Origin: Anthoceros angustus
Lineage: Eukaryota > Plantae > Anthocerotophyta
Direction of reading: 5' to 3'
Assembly: GCA_010909165.1 (NCBI GenBank)
Contig: VJWM01000234.1
Location: forward strand, 1-64,000
Length of the DNA stretch: 64,000 nt
Shown: positions 12,053-25,049 of the stretch, one piece after another
Layout: every line of letters starts with the position of its first letter
Numbering within the stretch: position 1 is the stretch's first letter
Program-made: the position numbers and the translations under genes
Notes under the pieces: generated by a model
What the model was told of the DNA's origin: nothing
What the model saw: only the letters and a program-made list of their open reading frames with translations
Database searches by the model: none

Positions 12053-14250
12053 ATGCCACTCTGGGAAGAGCAAGGGAAGGAGCCACCAGGTTCCTCCTCG
12101 AGAGGAGGAAAGGGCCGAAGAAAGCAGCGGCGCCGCCCGAGGCGAGCTTATAATGCCCCAATTCACTTGTTTTGCGGGGCAGCAACCCCGATTTGGTTGA
12201 TTTTGACAATGGGCGGAGGAGGATAACATCCAATTGGGATGGGTGTATGGCCGCCAATGGGCCTACACCAATTTGGAATTGATTGAGGAGTGCTTCATCA
12301 ATCTCCATCAATCGAGGCAGCCCTTGCCCACGTTAGGAAGGAATGCTCGAGCGGATCCTCGCTGCTGGACCGTAAGGAGCATTGACAGTGTATGGGAGGC
12401 GGAGGAGGAGCTCGGGGTGCTCTCCTCGAGGTCGAATGGAGGAAGAGGGACCCTCTCGAAATTCCAGAGCTCGACATGATGGACGGAGGTGAAGGCCCAT
12501 GCCAAGAATGGGTGGAAAACAGAGCATCAAGGAGCTGAAGTGGAGGCTCTTTGCGAAGATTGTCTTGGGGTTGGTGAATTACCAAGGACTTCTTATTTGC
12601 ACCAACTTCCTCCAATTTTGTGGAAGATTTCCATGGGAGCCAAGCATTGGGGAACCATCATGTATGAAGCATACATCCACCACAAGGAGAAGCTCCTCAA
12701 GCCGAATTCGGTGGATGAGGAAGGGCCAAGGCCTTGCTACCTTAGCACCTATTTGGTGCATTTGTGGGAAACGGAGGGACTTCTCACAAGCAAGGAGTTG
12801 GAAGATGCTTGGCATCCTTGAGATAATCCATCTCCAAGCTTGAAGGCCTTTTGCCTTTTGCATTGAGGAAGATGTGGGAGGTCGGACCTCCACAAGCATG
12901 CTAGGAGCAAGGGAGGATGTAGAGGCAACAAGGTTGGGAGTGGGAATCTTTTCCCCCCAGAGCAAGGAGAGGAGGCAGGAAGGCCGAGGAAGGCCGAATG
13001 GTAGTCTGAGAGGAGGACTACCAGGGAGGGTGACAGCCCAAGGGTGGGGAGTCCCACCATCTCATTTGTGCCTAGAGGAGGCACCGGTGGGGAGGCGGCC
13101 TACCGGGGGGTGGGACTAGTGGTAGTCGACCTACCACGGTAGGTAGGCGGACTACCGCATGGGAGCCTACCCGCGGTGACGCACCCGGTAGGCAGCGCCT
13201 CTGCGGTAGGGAAGGGAAGGAGAAGCGGCGTGAGCAGGCGCCAGCCACTACCGCTTGGAGGAAGGAGGATGGAGGCGGCGTGAGGGGACCAGCGCCGCGC
13301 GTGATGGCCCGTCAGAGAGCTGGAATTTCCAGCAAAGGGCGAGGGGTGGGCCCTAGGAGACTTCTGAGTGCTTGTGAGCACTCGGCCATGTGGATTTGAA
13401 GGGGCTAGGGAGCTAGCGCCTCCTTGTGGGCATGTGGGAGAAGTCAAGGCCCAAGACATGGCGGAGGCGGGGACTAAATGGCAATTGGAGGCCATGGAGT
13501 CCGAGAAGGCAGCCAAGTTGGAGAAGGGCAGAAGCTCAGTGACCTTGTGGATCAGCGGAGAAGGTCCTGGAGGAAGGTTGTCACAAGCGGAGAGAGCCAT
13601 TCGGGCAACAACCCAAGGACTCTTGGAGGCGGGCGGAGCATTTTGCCCAATTAGAGCAAAGAAGGGCAAAGCGGAGGCTCTAGGAAGGAGAAGGTGGCGG
13701 TCCAACAAATGGGCCACAGGCGGTGATGGCTACCATCAAAATCCGGGACATGGAAGAATTGCGGAGACCGGTACTGGAGGAGAAGCGCTGGGAAACTCAA
13801 GACCTGTCAAGAGTTGGGCGGGTGCTTGGCGGGGAGAGGAGACTTGCCAAGCAATGGCTGGAACAAAGGAGGTTCCGAGGAGGAGCACCACAAGAAGGTG
13901 GTGCACAGATCTTGGTAGTGAGGCGAATTTTGGGCGATTATGCCCTTGAGATGGCCACCAATTGAAAGAGCAAGGAGGAGAATGTGACCTCCATGTCAAG
14001 GTGGGAGAATTGACCACATGGGACGCCTACAAGGGGTAGTGAGGATGGAGAGTGGCCCACGAGATTGATGATCTCCAAATGCAATATCATAGCTTGGGGC
14101 TCACCTCCACAATAGATTTTGAAGGCCAACAATGAGGTGCTACGGCTTGGCCAAGAGGAGGACATTGGGTCCTCATGATGATGACAGAAGGAGCTGCCAG
14201 TGCGGGAGGCCTCGAGGCCAGGCTCAGTGACATGGACTCAGGGAATGAGG
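12053..14250 (+). pseudogene. Family A extra ORF (conserved N-terminal domain plus coiled coil), frameshifted
   Basis: GWVYGRQWAYTNLELIEEC, HAKNGWK, KWRLFAKIVLGLVNY, WGTIMYEAYI, YLSTYLVHLWETEGLL, then AAKLEK... coiled coil. Confidence 0.75.
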
Positions 14251-14866
14251 GGAGGAGGTGGAGAGGCGCGTGGAAGGGATGGGGCGGAGCAAGGAGGGAG
14301 CCCGCCCTCACGGTCACCCTACCACGGTGGGTGACCTACCAGTGGTCTGCGGACTGTGGTGCAACCACCCTGTGGTGATGCGGACTACGGGTGCAGCAAC
14401 TGCGGGCTTCTGGGGAGCCAGCGGGGAGGAGGAAGGGCCGGGGTAGTGCACCCCAGGGAGGAGGAGGTGGGAGACAACCCCAGGAGAGACTAAGGCGGGG
14501 TCCGACCCGTCGAGGAAGGAGGTGAGAAGTTCCCTCACCCGGATAAGGAAGAGCAGGGCCGGAGGAGAGGATGCAAAAGGGCCGGAGAGTTAGACATCGT
14601 GCGATGGGGAAAGAATCTTTGAAATGCTCTATGGTAGGTATGGACAAATCAAGCAGAGGAAGAGCAGAGATCTTCACCCAAGAGACATCGATGAGAAGAA
14701 GAGGAGGTGGAGACAATCCCACGGAGAGACCAGGGCGGGGTCCGACCCGTCGAGGAAGAGGAGGAGGGAGAATTCCCTCACCCAGGATAAGGAAGAGCAG
14801 GGCCGGAGAAGAGTCGGATGCAAAAGGGCCGAAGAAGTTAGACATCGGTGATTGGGGAAAAATCTT

Positions 14867-16270
14867 TGAAATGCTCCAAGCAAGGTATGGACAAATCAAG
14901 CAGGAGGATAGAGCAAGGATCTCCACCCGAGACATCAGATGAAGAAGAAGGAAGAAGGAGAAGGACTACCATGGTAGGTGGTCGACCTACCGATAGTCTG
15001 CCGGACTACAGTGATCTTGATAGGTGACCGTGGCGGAGGGCTGAAAAGCGCTGGCGGAGGCGCGATTCTGGGACCCGAGGTCAGGCGCCCGCGGAGATGG
15101 GAAGGCAGATTGTACTTGCCACACATTGGGAAGATGACAAGATGGGAAGGGCAAGAGCAAAGGAGGCGAGGAGCCAATCCACAACACGTCACTATCGGTG
15201 AGATGAAGACTAGAATGGTCAAAGACCATAAATGATGAGAGGAATAATAGAAAGGATAGGTGGTGGTGACATCCTTTAAGGGATCTTAGGTGAAGTTACT
15301 AGAATAGAATTTACCAAGGATCGGACAATAGACTTAGTGCGGTCATTAAATCTTGGCGGTAGGAAATAATAGAAATATTGGAAAAGGTGACTGCGGTAGG
15401 GTCACCTAAGGGAGGTTGTATGTGGAAGGCCTCCTATAAGAGGAGGAGGATTTCACAAAGTAAAGTATCATGTCTTGCGCTTCCATACTCATGAGTCCTT
15501 TGCCATTCAAAGGAATTTCGTGCGGTGTGAGCCAGCGTCAGTAGAGAGGAAGTCGCGGTGGTGAGTGCTTGGTGGAGGACTTGCTCACTGCAAGTGCCTA
15601 AACGAGTTGCTCCCCTTGTGAATGGTTCTTTGTGAAATTGCTTTGCTTTGGGTGTGTGGCAATGCCGAGAACTCTCGGCTTGAGGGTAGACTACGGGAAA
15701 GACTCCTGAGGTTCTCATTGTGGTGTCAAACTCATAGCAAGCCCAAGGAAGAACTTCTTGGTGGAGGCCGACCCAGGCGGTTGTGCCGTGGGCGAGTCGA
15801 AAGCCCAGCGAGGTTAGAATAGGAGGAAGAGGATGAGAAGATGAGTAGAGGATTAGAGGTGTAGGTGTTAGTGGAAGGCCACAGTGAGCCTAAGGGACGA
15901 ATCCCAAATCTGCAAGTAAAGGCGCTCCACAGGTGGAGAAGAGTGGTCTTAGAAGTAGGGACGAAATCGCGGTGTGGATCGGGGGTCACAGGCCGTGATA
16001 GGCTCCCTGTTGCTAAGGCGGGACTGCAATTGTGTTTGTCGTTGTAGGTCGAGGATTGGTGATTTTGAGGAGCGATGCAAGTGGTGCATTGTAAGAGGAG
16101 AGTAGAGGCGCCTTGCTTGTTTAGAAGGTGAGAAGTTGTGTCTCTGCGGTGGCGATCGGTTATCACAAGACCTCGAACTTTCACACAAGTCTCATGGGGC
16201 GAAACCCAGCGTCTGACAGTGGGATAAGTGTGGCCTTAGAGTGGGAGGATCTCGGGGCGGGTTTTCCCTA
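14867..16270 (+). repeat. Family A LTR (5' boundary provisional)
   Basis: TGAAATGCT follows the purine-rich TGGGGAAAAA; TATA-like CCTATAAGAGG at ~15434. An alternative start is TGTGGAAGG at 15421. Confidence 0.75.
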
Positions 16271-16274
16271 TTCC

Positions 16275-17060
16275 GCGCTTCCATACTGAGTCCTTTGCTG
16301 TTAGGAATTTCGTCATTTGTGAGCCATGACGTGGTAAGAGAGGAATTGCGGTGGTGAAGTGCTTGGTGGGACTTGCTCACTGCAGAGTGCCTAAACGAGT
16401 TGCTCCCCTGTGAATGGTTCTTTGTGAAATTGCTTTGCTTTGGGTGTGTGGCAATGCCGAGAACTCTCGAGGTAGACTACGGGAAAGACTCCACGGAGGT
16501 TCTCATTGTCACAGTGTCAAACTCATAGCAACCGCCCAAGGAAGAACTTCTGGTGGAGGCCGACCCAGGCGGTTGTGCCGTAAATCGAGCCGGTAAGCCC
16601 GAGCGAGGTTAGAATAGGAGGAAGAGGATGAGAAGATGAGTAGAGGATTAGAGGTGTAGGTGTTAGTGGAAGGCCACGGGCGAGCCTAAGGGGCCAGATC
16701 CCAAATCTGCAAGTAAAGGCGCTCCACAGGTGGAGAAGAGTGGTCTTAGAAGTAGGGACGAATGCGGTGTGGATCGGGGGTCCAGGCGCCCTGATAGGCT
16801 CCTAAGGCGGGACCTGCAATTGTGTTGTGTCGTTGTAGGTCGAGGATTGGTGATTTTGAGCAAGTGGTGCATTCTGTAAGAGGAGAGTAGAGGCGCCTTG
16901 CTTGTTTAGAAGGTGAAGTTGTGTCTGCGGGTGCGATCGGTTATCACAAGACCTCGAACTTTCACACAAGTCTCATGGGGAAACCCAAGCGTCTGGCGCG
17001 ATTGGGATAAGTGTGGCGCTGAGTGGGAGGATCTCGGGAGCCCGGGTTTTCCCTACCACA
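16275..17060 (+). repeat. Family A LTR 3' part, in tandem with the preceding LTR and followed by a PBS
   Basis: Direct repeat of ~15476-16270; ends CCCTACCACA at 17060. Confidence 0.9.
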
Positions 17061-17064
17061 TTTT

Positions 17065-17077
17065 TGGCCGTTCGGGA
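17065..17077 (+). promoter_or_regulatory. Degenerate tRNA-Asp primer binding site
   Basis: tttt-TGGCCGTTCGGGA, a deleted version of the intact PBS at 61452-61469, with the same downstream sequence (ttgttgttgaaagtttgaag). Confidence 0.75.
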
Positions 17078-17807
17078 TTTGTTGTTGAAAGTTTGAAGCT
17101 TTGTGGTTTCCATCGCTAGGGGTAGCAGAAGGGAGAGTCGACCATGTGGGTGAGAAGGAATTTCACGCCTAAGTTGTCATAGGGGTGAATGGTTGAGACA
17201 CTAAAGGGTGTGATTTGCTTCCTCTTAACACCGTGGGTTGGAGGACATGAGGATGGTTGCATGTCGTAGGGGTCGATCTCGAGATACACGCGAAGGTCAC
17301 CACACCACCGCAAGAGATTTACGAGCCTTGAAGAATCGCTAAGGAAGAGACCGCTACCGCCGCCACTCGAGGCAGCGGAGGAAGTAGAGACGACGCGAGG
17401 AAGTCGCCTGACCAAGGCGGAGGTGCGGAGCACGAGGGAGAAGGAGGAAGAAGAGGCGAGATCACCGGCCGAGAGGAAGGAGGTCGAGAAGAGAAAGGTG
17501 TCCAAATTAGGAAGGGCCCTCCGAGCACGAGTTGCTCCGTCGCGAACGCCCGCGACGCTTTGCTTCTCAAGCGGTGGCACCACCTCATCTTCCAGTGAAA
17601 AGGCGGTGGCGTCGTGAGCGGGAATTTCGTGCTGGTCGGAGGATTTGGCGGAACGACTCGATCGAATCATCGATTGATCTTTGGGACGACTAGAGGGGAG
17701 GTCGCTACTCCCTTGCTGGTAGAAGATTTTCGTGCTCAAGGATCCCGATTTGTTTCCTGTTACCCGGCGAGAGGAGTGTTGGTCCAGCGTGGACACTCCG
17801 AAGCAAC

Positions 17808-20250
17808 ATGAGTGGAGTTGGTGGAGGAGGAGGACCGCCCCAACTTCATAGTCGCCAGCAATACGTCAAATTCGGCGAGAAGAAGAAGGGAGATGATGCG
17901 GAGGCGTTCGTGGGAACTTTTGAGCACGTCTCCCACGCTAATTTGGAGGATGGAGTCGCCGATCGATCGCGATCTTCCGGATCCGAGAGGGCATGCCCAC
18001 TGGTATGGTCGCACCTACAATGCGGTGGCGCCAACGGATTGGGAAGCTCTCAAAGCAGCCTTCTTGAATCGGTTCCGAGGGCTCACACACCACACTTTGG
18101 CAAAGTTGAGAACCCTCCAAGGAAGAAACGAGTCGTTGTTCGATTATGTGGAGAGGTTTTATGGATATCCGGATCGAGTTCAAATGTGCACCCGAGAGGC
18201 CGGAGATCCACCCACTGGTACTCACAAGAGCAAGCGTTGGATTGGTTTGTGAGTGGCTTGTCTCGAAAAATGGAGGTACACTGCAGGCGTGGAACGAAGA
18301 CGTTAGCAGGAGCCCTCCGCTTAGCTGAGGAATGGGAGTCCGCCGAGTTGGGGAGGAGGAGAAAGAAGAGGCGAAGTCATAAGAAGAGGAAAGGATCGAG
18401 GAGATCTAGCTCCTCGTCTTCCTCTGCCTCCTCCAGCTCGTCGCCCTCATCCTCATCAGAAAGTGAGGACAGCGGAACTCAGGAAAGCTCCACATCGGAT
18501 GAGGAATCGTGAGAGAAGAGCTGCGCCTCGTCGACAAGGAGGAAGGCAGTGCGAACGGAATCGAAGGGGCCGTCTCCGCGGCGGAGGCGGGAGGTGAGCG
18601 GGAGGCGAGGAGGAGGTGCGGAGCAGAGAGGAAGGAGGTCGTGGAGGAAGTGTTGGTGTCGAGCGAAGGAGACATCCTCTCAGCGACCCACTTTGCGGCC
18701 GTCGCGGAGTTTCCACGCGACCTTGCAGCGGCGATTCACATCCACTCCCGGCCCGGCGGCGGACGTCGTGAGCGTGGAATTTGGGCTGGTCGGAGGACTT
18801 GGCGAACGCCTCGATCGCATCGCCGTTGATCTTTTGGGACGGACCCAGGGAGGTCGCTACTCCTGGCGTTCGATTTCGACCCAAAGATCCCGAGCTTCTG
18901 TACCCGGAAGAAGAAGGGGGTAGCGGACGATCGAAGCGAGCAACATGGAGAGGTGGAGGAGGAGCCACAGCTCCACGCCGCATCAAATTCGGCGAGAAGA
19001 AGAAGGGAGATGACGCGAGGCGTTGTGAGAACTTTGAGCACGTCTCCACGCTAATTTGGAGGATGGAGTCGCCGATCACGCATCTTTGGGGCCGAGAGGG
19101 CACGCGATGGTATGGGCGCACCTACAATGCGGTGGCGCCAACGGATTGGGAAGCCCTCAAAGCAGCCTTCTTGAATCGGTTCCGAGGTCTCAGTTATGCA
19201 CACCATACTTTGGCAAAGCTGAGGACCCTTCGAAGGAAGAAGCGAGAATCTTGTTGATTATGTGGAAAGGTTTACGGGTATCTGGATCGAGTTCAAATGT
19301 GCAGAGGCCGGGATCCACCCACCTCTGGTACTCACAAGAGCAAGCTGGATTGGTTTGAGTGGCTTGTCTCGAAAAATGGAGGTACCTGCAGCAGCGGGGC
19401 GAAGGGGAGCCCTCCGATTGGCTGAGGAATGGGAATCTGCCGAGTTGGGGAGAAGGAGGAAGAAGAGGCGAAGTCATAAGAAGAGAAAATCGAGGAGATC
19501 TGCTCGTCTTCCTCTGCCTCCTCCAGCTCGTCGCCCTCATCCTCATCAGAAAGTGAGGACAGCGGAACTCAAGAAAGCTCCACATCGGATGAAGAATCAG
19601 AGAAGGCCTACGAACGAATGAAGAAGGACCTGGAGAAGGTCAAAAGACGACAGGAAGAGGCGGAACGCGCACTGGAGAAGGAGAGGAAAGGGAAGACGGT
19701 CCGTCGGATGGAGAAGGGAGAAACGTCTGCAGCAGGAGGAGGGATTGCTGGACAAGTGGAGGCTTTGACCAAGAGGTTGACCGAGTTGGAGGTCAAGGCG
19801 TGAAGAATCAAGCTCCACGAAGATCTCCTTCACCAGCGAGGCAGTTGGTGTATTGCTCAATCTGTCATCAAACGGGACACACCAACCGAGAATGTATTCG
19901 CGCACCACGACATGCTGTAAATCATGTGGAAACCGTCATGCCAGGGGATTATTGGTATGTGGACGAAGCCTACCAGGTGCAAGCGGTCACTGGAAGTCGG
20001 CCACCTCAATCAATGAGGGCGACTTACCAACCGACTACACCAGTTCCCTCAAGGTATGGATCACGACCGACATCGCCAGGACAATGGAGACCGGATTCAT
20101 CACAAAGGCCGATGGCGATTCCACAGGGATGTTGTTATAATTGCGGAGCACCAGGTCACTACTCAAACGAATGCCCAGAACCTCGGAAGCAAGTGGGTTA
20201 TGTGCCCTTTTGCCAGGTATGCAAGGAATTGGGACATAAGATGGGGATCC
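17808..20250 (+). pseudogene. Family A gag, N-terminal part duplicated, with CCHC knuckles
   Basis: WYGRTYNAVAPTDWEALKAAFLNRF occurs twice (17812-18252 and 18781-19257); CSICHQTGHTNREC; CYNCGAPGHYSNEC; CQVCKELGH. Confidence 0.9.
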
Positions 20251-20949
20251 CAGTGTTGGAGTGAGTGGCGTGACACGGTCAAGTTCCAGCTTGCAGTGGA
20301 GAGACACAGCCCAACCCCAAAACCGCGATTCAGAACGGCCGCGTCTTGAAGGTGGAAGCGGGTCGATTTCCTCGGCGACTCGGTGTGACATCGGAATTGT
20401 GGAAGAGGTATGAAGGAGAGATGAGCGGATGAAGGATTGATGGTGGCCAAGGTGACCACGGATCGCGAGGAGAAGGCGAGGCGGAAAAGGCGTGAGCACG
20501 AGGAAAGGAAGCGGAGGAAGGTGAGGATGACTCACCTTGGCCTCTCGAGGCAGGCGTCCGGCCGCGAGGCGGAAGGCGGCCCACCCTACCGGGGCGGGTG
20601 GGCGGACTACCACGGTGATCGGCACTCGGTGGTGGCGGGCTACCTCGGTGCGAAAGAGAAGAGCCAAGGAAGGAGGAGCGAGCGTTCCTCGATATCGCCA
20701 TGATGGCGGCGTCTTTGGAGGATGAGCGAGCTCACCGCAGGAAGAAGGAGGCGGGCCGAGTTGTGGATCCAGGTATGGATCCACCCCGAGGAGGGACCAT
20801 GGAATCGAACTTTACCAATAAGGTCGGAGTCGACCAGTGGCTGCAAGCGGGAGGAAACCTTGTCGATAAGATCTCCGCCACGACGCATTACTTGACCGCG
20901 AATTTGTGGTCTTGAGATGCTTGCTTATGTGAGTCCGAGATCCCGCAAA

Positions 20950-23900
20950 ATTGTGAAGGAAGCGATCAGGAATCCACAGGTGAGGAAAGGGGAGGTGGAG
21001 GTATGTGGTCGAACTTGTTGATTTGGGGCACCGAGATTGAGGTTGAGATTGCGGGTGTTTGGTGCCCAATGTGCCATTGGATTCGGATCGAGTCAACTTG
21101 ATGACGGAGGAGACGGCTCATCAACTTGGGTTCACCGAGTTTCACCCGCCCGAGTATTTTTACGGATGGCAGACAAGGAGAAAGCCATTGGGAGTGTTGA
21201 AGAATGTACCTGTGATTGGAGGTCTCACCTTCCATCTTACCTACATTGTGATGCGCGGTCGGATTTAGGCTATAAGGTTTTGATAGGTAGGCCTTGGTTG
21301 TCTTGTGTCTTTGATTTTGGTCGAGTGGCATCACCTTCAAGTCGAGTAGGGAGGACTGCGGAGGTCGCTGTGTCATGGAGCAAGGCTCCTATGAGTCCGC
21401 TCCGGTCGATGGGTACACCTCGGGTAGCACGGGGTAAGCTCCTCGAGGCGGTGACCAAGCATATCGGGGTCCTCACGAGGTCAAATAAAGAGTGATTTGG
21501 TGTATTACATGCATAGAGATGTCGTGGAAGTCGAGGATGAGGCACATAGGGAAGGCGTAGCCTTTTGGAAGGGTAAGGCCTATGATCGTGATTTTCCTGA
21601 GGAGGGATCTGGAACTAGTGCGGGTAGCAGTCCGGAGGGGACATATGTAGACCCCGACGCCGTAGAAGACTTAGAGTTAGAACCTAGCAAGGTAGTCAAG
21701 ATTTCTAGGTACCTAGGACAGGTAGAGAAAGAGGAGTTTCGTAGTGTGCTTAGGGAGTATGTCGATGTGTTTGCCTTCAAGATTACTGACATGACAGGAA
21801 TACCGGAAGAGCTGGGGATACATCGAATCGACTTGAAGGAGGGCAGCACTCCGGTGAGGATCAAGCAATACAGACTGAACCCCAAGTACTCCATGGTTGT
21901 TAAAGATCAACTCGATCAATATTTGGAAGCCGGGGTAATTTATCCGGTGCTCACCAGCAAGTGGGTCGCACCCATCGTGATCGTACCAAAGAAGCAGCAG
22001 GGAAAGGTTCGGGTATGCCAAGATTTCAGGAAGCTCAATGAAGCAACGAAGAAGGATCATCACCTTTGCCTTTCATAGACGATTATCTTGGACACAAATG
22101 GGAAGATGTATAGTTTCTTAGGCGGATATTGTGGTGGCGAGCGGGCACTCAAGGGTCCTCCCACTATAGCGTACACTTGTCCGTCGTTGGGTTTGTCCCA
22201 TGAGACTTGTGTGAAAGTTCGAGGCCTTGTGATCCGTCGCTATCTGCGGAGACACAAATTCTCGGCCTTCTCCAAGCAAGGCGCCCTCTACTCTCCCTCT
22301 TGTGCACCACTTGCCTTTGCTAAAATCGCCAATCCTCGACCTGGCGACACAAAACAATTGCGGGCCACGCCTCGTGAGGAGCCTATCACAGGCGCCAGGG
22401 GACCCCAGTCCACACCGCGATTTCGTCCCTACTTCTAAGACCACTCTTCTCCACTCGGGGCGCTCTTTTACTTGATTTGGGATTCGTCCCTTAGGCTGCA
22501 CTGTGGCCTTCCACTAACACCTACACCTCTAATCCTCTACTCATCTTCTCATCTTCTCATCCTCTTCCTCCTATTCTAACCTCGGTTCTTCTTGGTTTGA
22601 CTCGCCCTTACAGCTGTTGCACAGGTCGGCCTCCACCGGCAAGTTCTTCCTTGGGCGGTTGCTATGTGGGTTTGACACCACTCAGAACCTCCGAGTCTTT
22701 CCTGTAGTCTACCCTCAAGCCGAGTTCTCACAGGCATTTGCCACACACCCAAAGCAAAGCAATTTCACAGCAACCATTCACAAGGGAGCAACTCGTTTAG
22801 GCACTTGCGAGCAAGTCCTCCACCAAACACTCACCACGCGACTTCCTCTCTACTGCAGAATGACTGCGTTGGCTCACGAAATTCCTCTGTAATGGCAAAG
22901 GACTCGGGAGTGGGCGCAAGGAGGAGGCTGGAATTCTCAATGAGCAAGTCAGAGCTGGGGCAAAGAAATGAGAGCACCGCTGAGCGACGGAAGGCCCCAC
23001 TTGGCGAGGTCGCCATGAGGCCAAGGAGGAGGAGACGCCTAGGGAGGAGGGTGCAGGGCGAGGAAGGAGCTCATCCCATGACAAGCTTGAAGAAAATTGA
23101 GGGGAGGGATCTGGGGGCAATCCTCAAAATCCACCATGGAGGCAAGTCGAGGAGGTCGCCATGGGAGCACGAGATGGACCCGCATACAAGTTGCCGAAGC
23201 GATTTAAATCAACTGTTAATGAAGGAAGAACATGCGATTTAACCATGTTGAGGAACGCAAGATGGGCGGCGTACGAGGATGGATACACGCCCGGAGCCAT
23301 TAACGAACGCCTAGGGAGGAGGACGAGCACCGGAAGGAGAAGATTAGACGCGAGGGGCGTTCATGCCCGAGGTATTTGTTGAGCGGGAAGTACGAAATTT
23401 CGGAGCATGGCATCATGCCGGATGGGTTGTCAGGAAGGACGGCGGTCTTTCTCCATAAAGCTGCACCCTACGCATAGGGAAGGTGTCCTGCATAAACTTG
23501 GGCCGACGAAGATCCGATGTCTGCTAAGGAGGTCACTGCCACGGAGGCGCATGCGTAAGAGGCAGGGACACTATTCAGGTGACCGTTAAGAAGATTTTGA
23601 ATGCCGGGTTTTGTACATGCAAAAGGATGTGGGAGTTCACCGAGGTGTGATGCGTGTCGAGGGTTGGCCTACGCTGTTTACACATCTTACCTACATCCCG
23701 CCGCTAGCACCGCTCGAGAAGTGGGGAATCGATTTCAGAGACCGATCAAACCACCAACGCAATGGACGAGGAAGCGACATTTTGGTGGCTACGGATTATT
23801 GTACAAGATGGTGGAAGTCAAGCAACCAGGAAGGACGACGCACCGCAGCTAAGTTTCTATTCGAGAACATCATAAAGGTATGGATGTCCTTTAGAGTTGG

Positions 23901-24500
23901 TCACGACCGGGACACATTTCCTCAACTCGTTGAAACTCACCACCTACTTCAACATTCGCATCGAAGACGACTACAACCCCAAAGCGAATGGATTAACGGA
24001 GAAGACGAATGGGTTGCTCGCACAATCCTTACCAAGGTGACTGTGACACACATGTATGATTGGGATGCCAAGTTTGCATTCGCATCAGGGCTTACAGACC
24101 ATGGAAAAGGTAACCACCAAGAAGACTTATTATCTAACGATGGCATGTCACCGTGATGCTGTGGAATTTGAAGTACCCACCTACGTAATCATGGAGGATG
24201 AACGATGACCCAGAGGATAGCCGTGTAGTTAGACTAGAATCATTCATAGAGCAGAAGAACGAGGGAGGATGCTTTAGAAGAAACAGCGGATTCGTGAACT
24301 CGTAAAAGGCATATGATGGGAGGTTGAGAAGCAAGAGGCTATCGTGGACGGGATTTGGTTCTTCTATATGATAGTACCTAGACTTTCCAGGAAGCTTAGG
24401 CTAAGGTGGATGGGACCTGAGGTGCAGATGAATGGATCCGCAACCGAGTATTGGGGAGAATTACGCCACCGAGTAAATGGATGGAAGAAGTACCTCCGAG
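20950..24500 (+). pseudogene. Family A pol (PR, 5' part of RT, INT); RT core and RNase H lost at an LTR insertion
   Basis: VPLDS..VNLMTE protease; YKVLIGRPWL; WVAPIVIVPKK...RVCQDFRKLNEATKKD; PLEKWGIDF, LVATDY; KLRLRWMGP...HRVNG. Confidence 0.9.
22130..22921 (-). repeat. Family A LTR fragment inserted in antisense into RT
   Basis: Reverse complement of the LTR 3' ~800 bp; begins tgtggt at 22130, directly after the RT sequence MYSFL.GY. Confidence 0.9.
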
Positions 24501-24852
24501 TAGCTGTTTTGCAGGACGCAAACAGTGAGGTGGGGAGTATGTGGAACGAAAAGTTTGGGCAACCAAAAAACCGACAAGACAAGTTTGATTTTTTGGCTAA
24601 GAACGATTGAAGAGGAACATGCCAAGAAATTTTCAAGAATCTTGAACTAGAGTGGGATATTGTTAGGAAGGCAAAAGGATATCCCAGAGGAAAAACGGGT
24701 CAACCCCACGAGGCGTAGGGCACCAAGGTTGGTAGGTCGTACCGCCGTAGGGCCACACACGCCGAGCGAGAAGGAGCGATCATCATGTAAGCCGCGTATC
24801 ATCATGTAGGTCGACAAATCTCAAAAAGGAAATTAGAATAAAGGGGGGATAT

Positions 24853-24865
24853 CCACTATATATGC
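24853..24865 (+). promoter_or_regulatory. TATA-like box between pol and the extra ORF
   Basis: CCACTATATATGC, identical on the minus strand at 46567-46579 and 52788-52800. Confidence 0.5.
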
Positions 24866-25049
24866 TCATCAATAGAGGATAAATATATAAGAGTAATTAG
24901 CAAGAGATTAATTAGGCGTAGTAGGAAAATAGGTATTATAGATCGATTAGGATTTTGTGAATGATGCACAAATCTAGTTGTGTGGCCGCAGTGGCGCCCA
25001 TCCAAAGGTGCAAAGTGCTTGGGGCGCGCCAACTTCCTTTCGAGCTAAG

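Larger units (their letters stand above)
11940..16270 (+). mobile_element. Family A 3' half (extra ORF, 3' UTR, LTR)
   Basis: Colinear with 35523-37800, 53112-56881 and, in reverse, 42193-46100. Contains a ~245-bp tandem duplication at 14455-14950. Confidence 0.9.

Noticed and set aside
13100-20784. Long antisense ORFs (e.g. 13100-13717, 17116-17796, 20035-20784) as genes
   Set aside because: Pro/Ser/Leu-rich shadows of GC/purine-rich transposon sequence, not conserved between copies.
24838-24850. AAAGGGGGGA as a polypurine tract marking an LTR start
   Set aside because: Not followed by TG and not conserved in the copies at 46580 and 52800.
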